Source of the DNA: the human T2T-CHM13v2.0 reference genome, Homo sapiens
Direction: 5' to 3' (one strand)
DNA length: 64,000 nucleotides
NCBI RefSeq assembly: GCF_009914755.1
Contig: NC_060942.1
Positions 60,752-64,000 of the stretch are shown here, one piece after another. A program made the position numbers and the translations under genes. The stretch's first letter is position 1. Each line of letters begins with the position of its first letter. Below the pieces are notes generated by a model. The model was not told the origin of the DNA and ran no database searches. It worked only from the letters and a program-made list of their open reading frames with translations.

Positions 60752-61030
60752 GTAGTATTGTGGTTACCTATTGATGCACTCAAAAACCACCCCAAAATTC
60801 AATGTCCTAAAATAGCAACCATTTTATAACTTCTCACTATTCTGTGGGTTGACTGAGCTCAACTGGAGGGTTCTTCTGCTCCACATGATATTGGCTAGGG
60901 GTACACTCTTTCTGGACTCAATTGGATTAGAACATCCAAGGTGGCTATTTACATGTCTGGTGCTTTGGTGAGGATGACTGGCAGGCCAGGCTCAGTTGGG
61001 ACACCAGTATATCAGGAGGTCTCTCTCTCA
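60752..61030. mobile_element. MLT1-type LTR fragment
   Basis: aaccaccccaaaattcaatg...ttctgtgggttgactgagctcaactgg...ttctgctccacatg. Confidence 0.7.
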
Positions 61031-61039
61031 CTCATATTG

Positions 61040-61240
61040 TATAGCCATCACAAAAAATATATTGAGCCCCTTCTCTATATCAGGCACTGCTCTAGGCATT
61101 AGCAATACAGTGGTAATCAAGAAAGAAAATCTCTTTGCTTTCATGAATTTAACTTTTAGCATGGGAAAAAAATAATAAATAAATAAATAATAATTTTTAA
61201 TAGCTACAAGTACTCTGAAGAAAATTCAACAGGTAATGTG
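61040..61240 (-). mobile_element. L2 3' fragment
   Basis: tattgagcccc...caggcactgctctaggc...atacagtggt. Confidence 0.7.
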
Positions 61241-62619
61241 ATGAAAAATGAGGGAGAGGCATTTAACAAGTGTTTGTTGAATGAATAAGCAAACATTTAG
61301 TTTCTCTCTCAGAGACATAGAACCATTATCAAACTAAATAAAAATGAGAAAATGATTGTGTTAACATTTTGCTTAAATTAACATATTAAAATTAGATCAC
61401 GTGTTTCAAAGTGAATTCTGTGCTAACATAAATTCTATGTTAATCACGGAACAGAGGATATGATTTATTTTATTTGCCACTGATAAATTTTATCACAGAT
61501 ACTGATAGATTCTGTCACAGCACTAACATTACTCATAGCTCATAGAATTGCAGAAGTAATTTTTTGTACACTGTTACTGTTCATACAATTTTTATTATGA
61601 TATAAAAGACTATCATAGACATAGTTAGCCAATTCTGGTCAAAGATACACATTCCAAACCATTTTAAAATTGAAATTAATCCAATAAATTATAATAGCAT
61701 TGAAGATTTTAGTTCCTGAAATAGTTTATTGTTGAGTGTTTACGGTATAACATGAGTTATCACAAAATAAATAGGATCTTTTAAAAATTAGTGAATCACA
61801 ATGGCCTCGGTTCTCCAGTGATATTTTAATGGCAGAATATGTACGTGAACAGAAAGACAGTCATGAATTGATGACCATAACCTTGAACCAGGGTTCAAAA
61901 ACTTTAAAACTGTGTTCTATCTTTGCTAATGACACAGGTCATAACTTCACGCAATAAAACTTCATTCATCAGCCCTTTCTTTCCAGTCCATTGGAAGTCC
62001 TGTCTCTACACCAACTACTCTGTGACAGAAAGTCTCTTGAATACTAAAGGGATCATAATACCGTGCCTAACTCACAAAAATGTTACAGAATCTAGTTATA
62101 TAATAGATTGAAAAGTGTTTTAACACCATATGCACATGTGCATAATATGATCTTACTATTTAATGCTCATGTATGTGAGAGCTTGAAGTGGCATGACTGA
62201 GGAAGTTGATTTTGAAGCCATTTGAAACAAAAAGTCATATAAAACAATATAGTAAACTGAAAAGAAAATAGATACTAAAAATTATGTACTGCTAGGCCAT
62301 TTCAAGCAGTGATCTACAGTCTTTGAAAGGAAAACGTTTGCTCTCATTTTAATAGCAATAATAAAGTGTTCTGTGTCAGCCTAGCTTATGTTAGCCTTAG
62401 CAGTACAGCAAAGCCAAGTTCTAAGCTTCTGATTTCTTCTTGGACCAATCCAGAAATGTGGGGTCATCCAGGTGGCTATATGGTGCCAGTAGTATATGCC
62501 ATATCCTTCCAGGTGTCCTGGGCATTGGCATTCCATCTTTCTTAAAAAATACTTTGATCAAGTCTAAAACATTATTGTTTTTCATCAAGTCTAAAGCATC
62601 ATTGAATATGACAATCAAC

Positions 62620-63015
62620 GTATTATTATTATACATAATAGACGTATATAATTTCAGAGTATGTGATAATACATTCATATAATTTGTAAAGATCAAATCA
62701 GTGTAATTGGGATGTCCATCATCTTAAATATTTGTCTTTTCTCTATGCTAGAAACATTCAAATTATTCTTTCAACTATCTTCAAATATACAATAGATTAT
62801 TGTAAAGTATAGTCACCCTACTCATCTATCAAACAGTAGGTCTTATTTAATCTATCAAACTGTACCCATCAATCAACTTCTTTTCATTTCCTCCTCTCCC
62901 CTACTCTTCCTGGCCTCTGGTAACCACCAATCTATTCTCTATCTTCATGAGATCTACTTTTTTTCTTCTATATATGAGTGAGAACATGTAATATTTATCT
63001 TTCTGTGCCTCGCAA
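62620..63015 (-). mobile_element. L1MA (L1MA2/3-like) 3' end
   Basis: gatcaaatcagtgtaattgggat, aatatacaatagattattgtaa, atatgagtgagaacatg. Confidence 0.85.
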
Positions 63016-63044
63016 CATTACTTTTTAATGTATCCTATGAAAGA

Positions 63045-63148
63045 AAGTTCTATTAAATTATGACATGCCATGGATTGTATAATACATGCCAATTTCAAGG
63101 ATTTTAAAAGGTAAAAAAAAGTTTGTCTTAGAATCAATGAATATAATA
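63045..63148 (+). mobile_element. Ancient Tigger-type (MamRep434-like) end
   Basis: attaaattatgacatg...gtcttagaatcaatgaatata; a similar piece at ~22377-22460. Confidence 0.45.
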
Positions 63149-63487
63149 ATTATTTTGTTAGCATAAAAGTAATGTATATTTGTTAAAAACCGGAAAAATA
63201 CTGAGTATTAGCTGAAATATGGTTGCAGGTAACAGAAAAGCTTGATTATGTAAGAAAAATGTGTGTAACTGAAAATCCAGAGGAAGAACAGAGGGTAGAG
63301 TTGATTTAATTCAGGAACTAATGGCTATCACAACAGCAGTTTCTTTCCATCTCCCTGCTATGTCTCCCATTGTGTCAGCCTTCTTGAGACAAGCTTCTTT
63401 CGTGGTATCTGTTCCAGGTTTCCCATCTGCACCCCCTACACTACAATGGAGACAGAAATTCTATCCTAGCATTTTAAGTAAAAAATC

Positions 63488-63789
<302 letters not shown>

Positions 63790-63970
63790 TCTAAGTAAAA
63801 ATTGTAATATTCATCTGCTAAGGTCATCTAAGTCATCTCAGTTCACCTGAATTGTAACCGTTTTTAGGAAAGTGAAAATGTACATGAAATGTATAGGGAC
63901 CGAACAGGGAAAACTGAAAAATTTTCTTATTACTAAAAAAAAAAGAATGTAAAAATGAATGCTTGAAAAG

Positions 63971-64000
63971 TGTGATGGTTAATTTTACTAGTCAACTTGG
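63971..64000 (+). mobile_element. Start of an MLT2 (ERVL) LTR
   Basis: tgtgatggttaattttactagtcaacttgg resembles the MLT2 terminus; cut by the window edge. Confidence 0.6.

Noticed and set aside
62421-62696. 91-aa and 80-aa ORFs
   Set aside because: Partly L1MA-derived, include a local ~22-bp duplication, no homology recognised

Overview
Primate (human-like) genomic DNA: AT-rich, CpG-depleted, no CpG island. Roughly half is recognisable transposable element: about 17 Alus, many L1 fragments of different ages, MIR/L2, a full-length THE1 MaLR, MST/MLT/LTR16 LTRs, and Tigger/hAT DNA-transposon relics. I recognise no host protein-coding gene, tRNA, rRNA or CRISPR array; the listed ORFs are TE-derived or chance ORFs. 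L1s lie almost all on the + strand, and several good splice-site pairs lie on the - strand, so the window may be inside long introns of a minus-strand gene or lncRNA (inference). Most notable observations: a 36-bp-arm hairpin in apparently unique DNA (59.6 kb), a head-to-head Alu pair only 28 bp apart, a twin-primed inverted L1 with filler DNA, an intact THE1 with DUX4 motifs in both LTRs, a candidate recursive-splice exon, and a motif-dense enhancer/promoter candidate at 14 kb. I found no convincing novel multi-gene system. Repeat subfamilies were assigned from memory of consensus sequences; boundaries of old elements are approximate.
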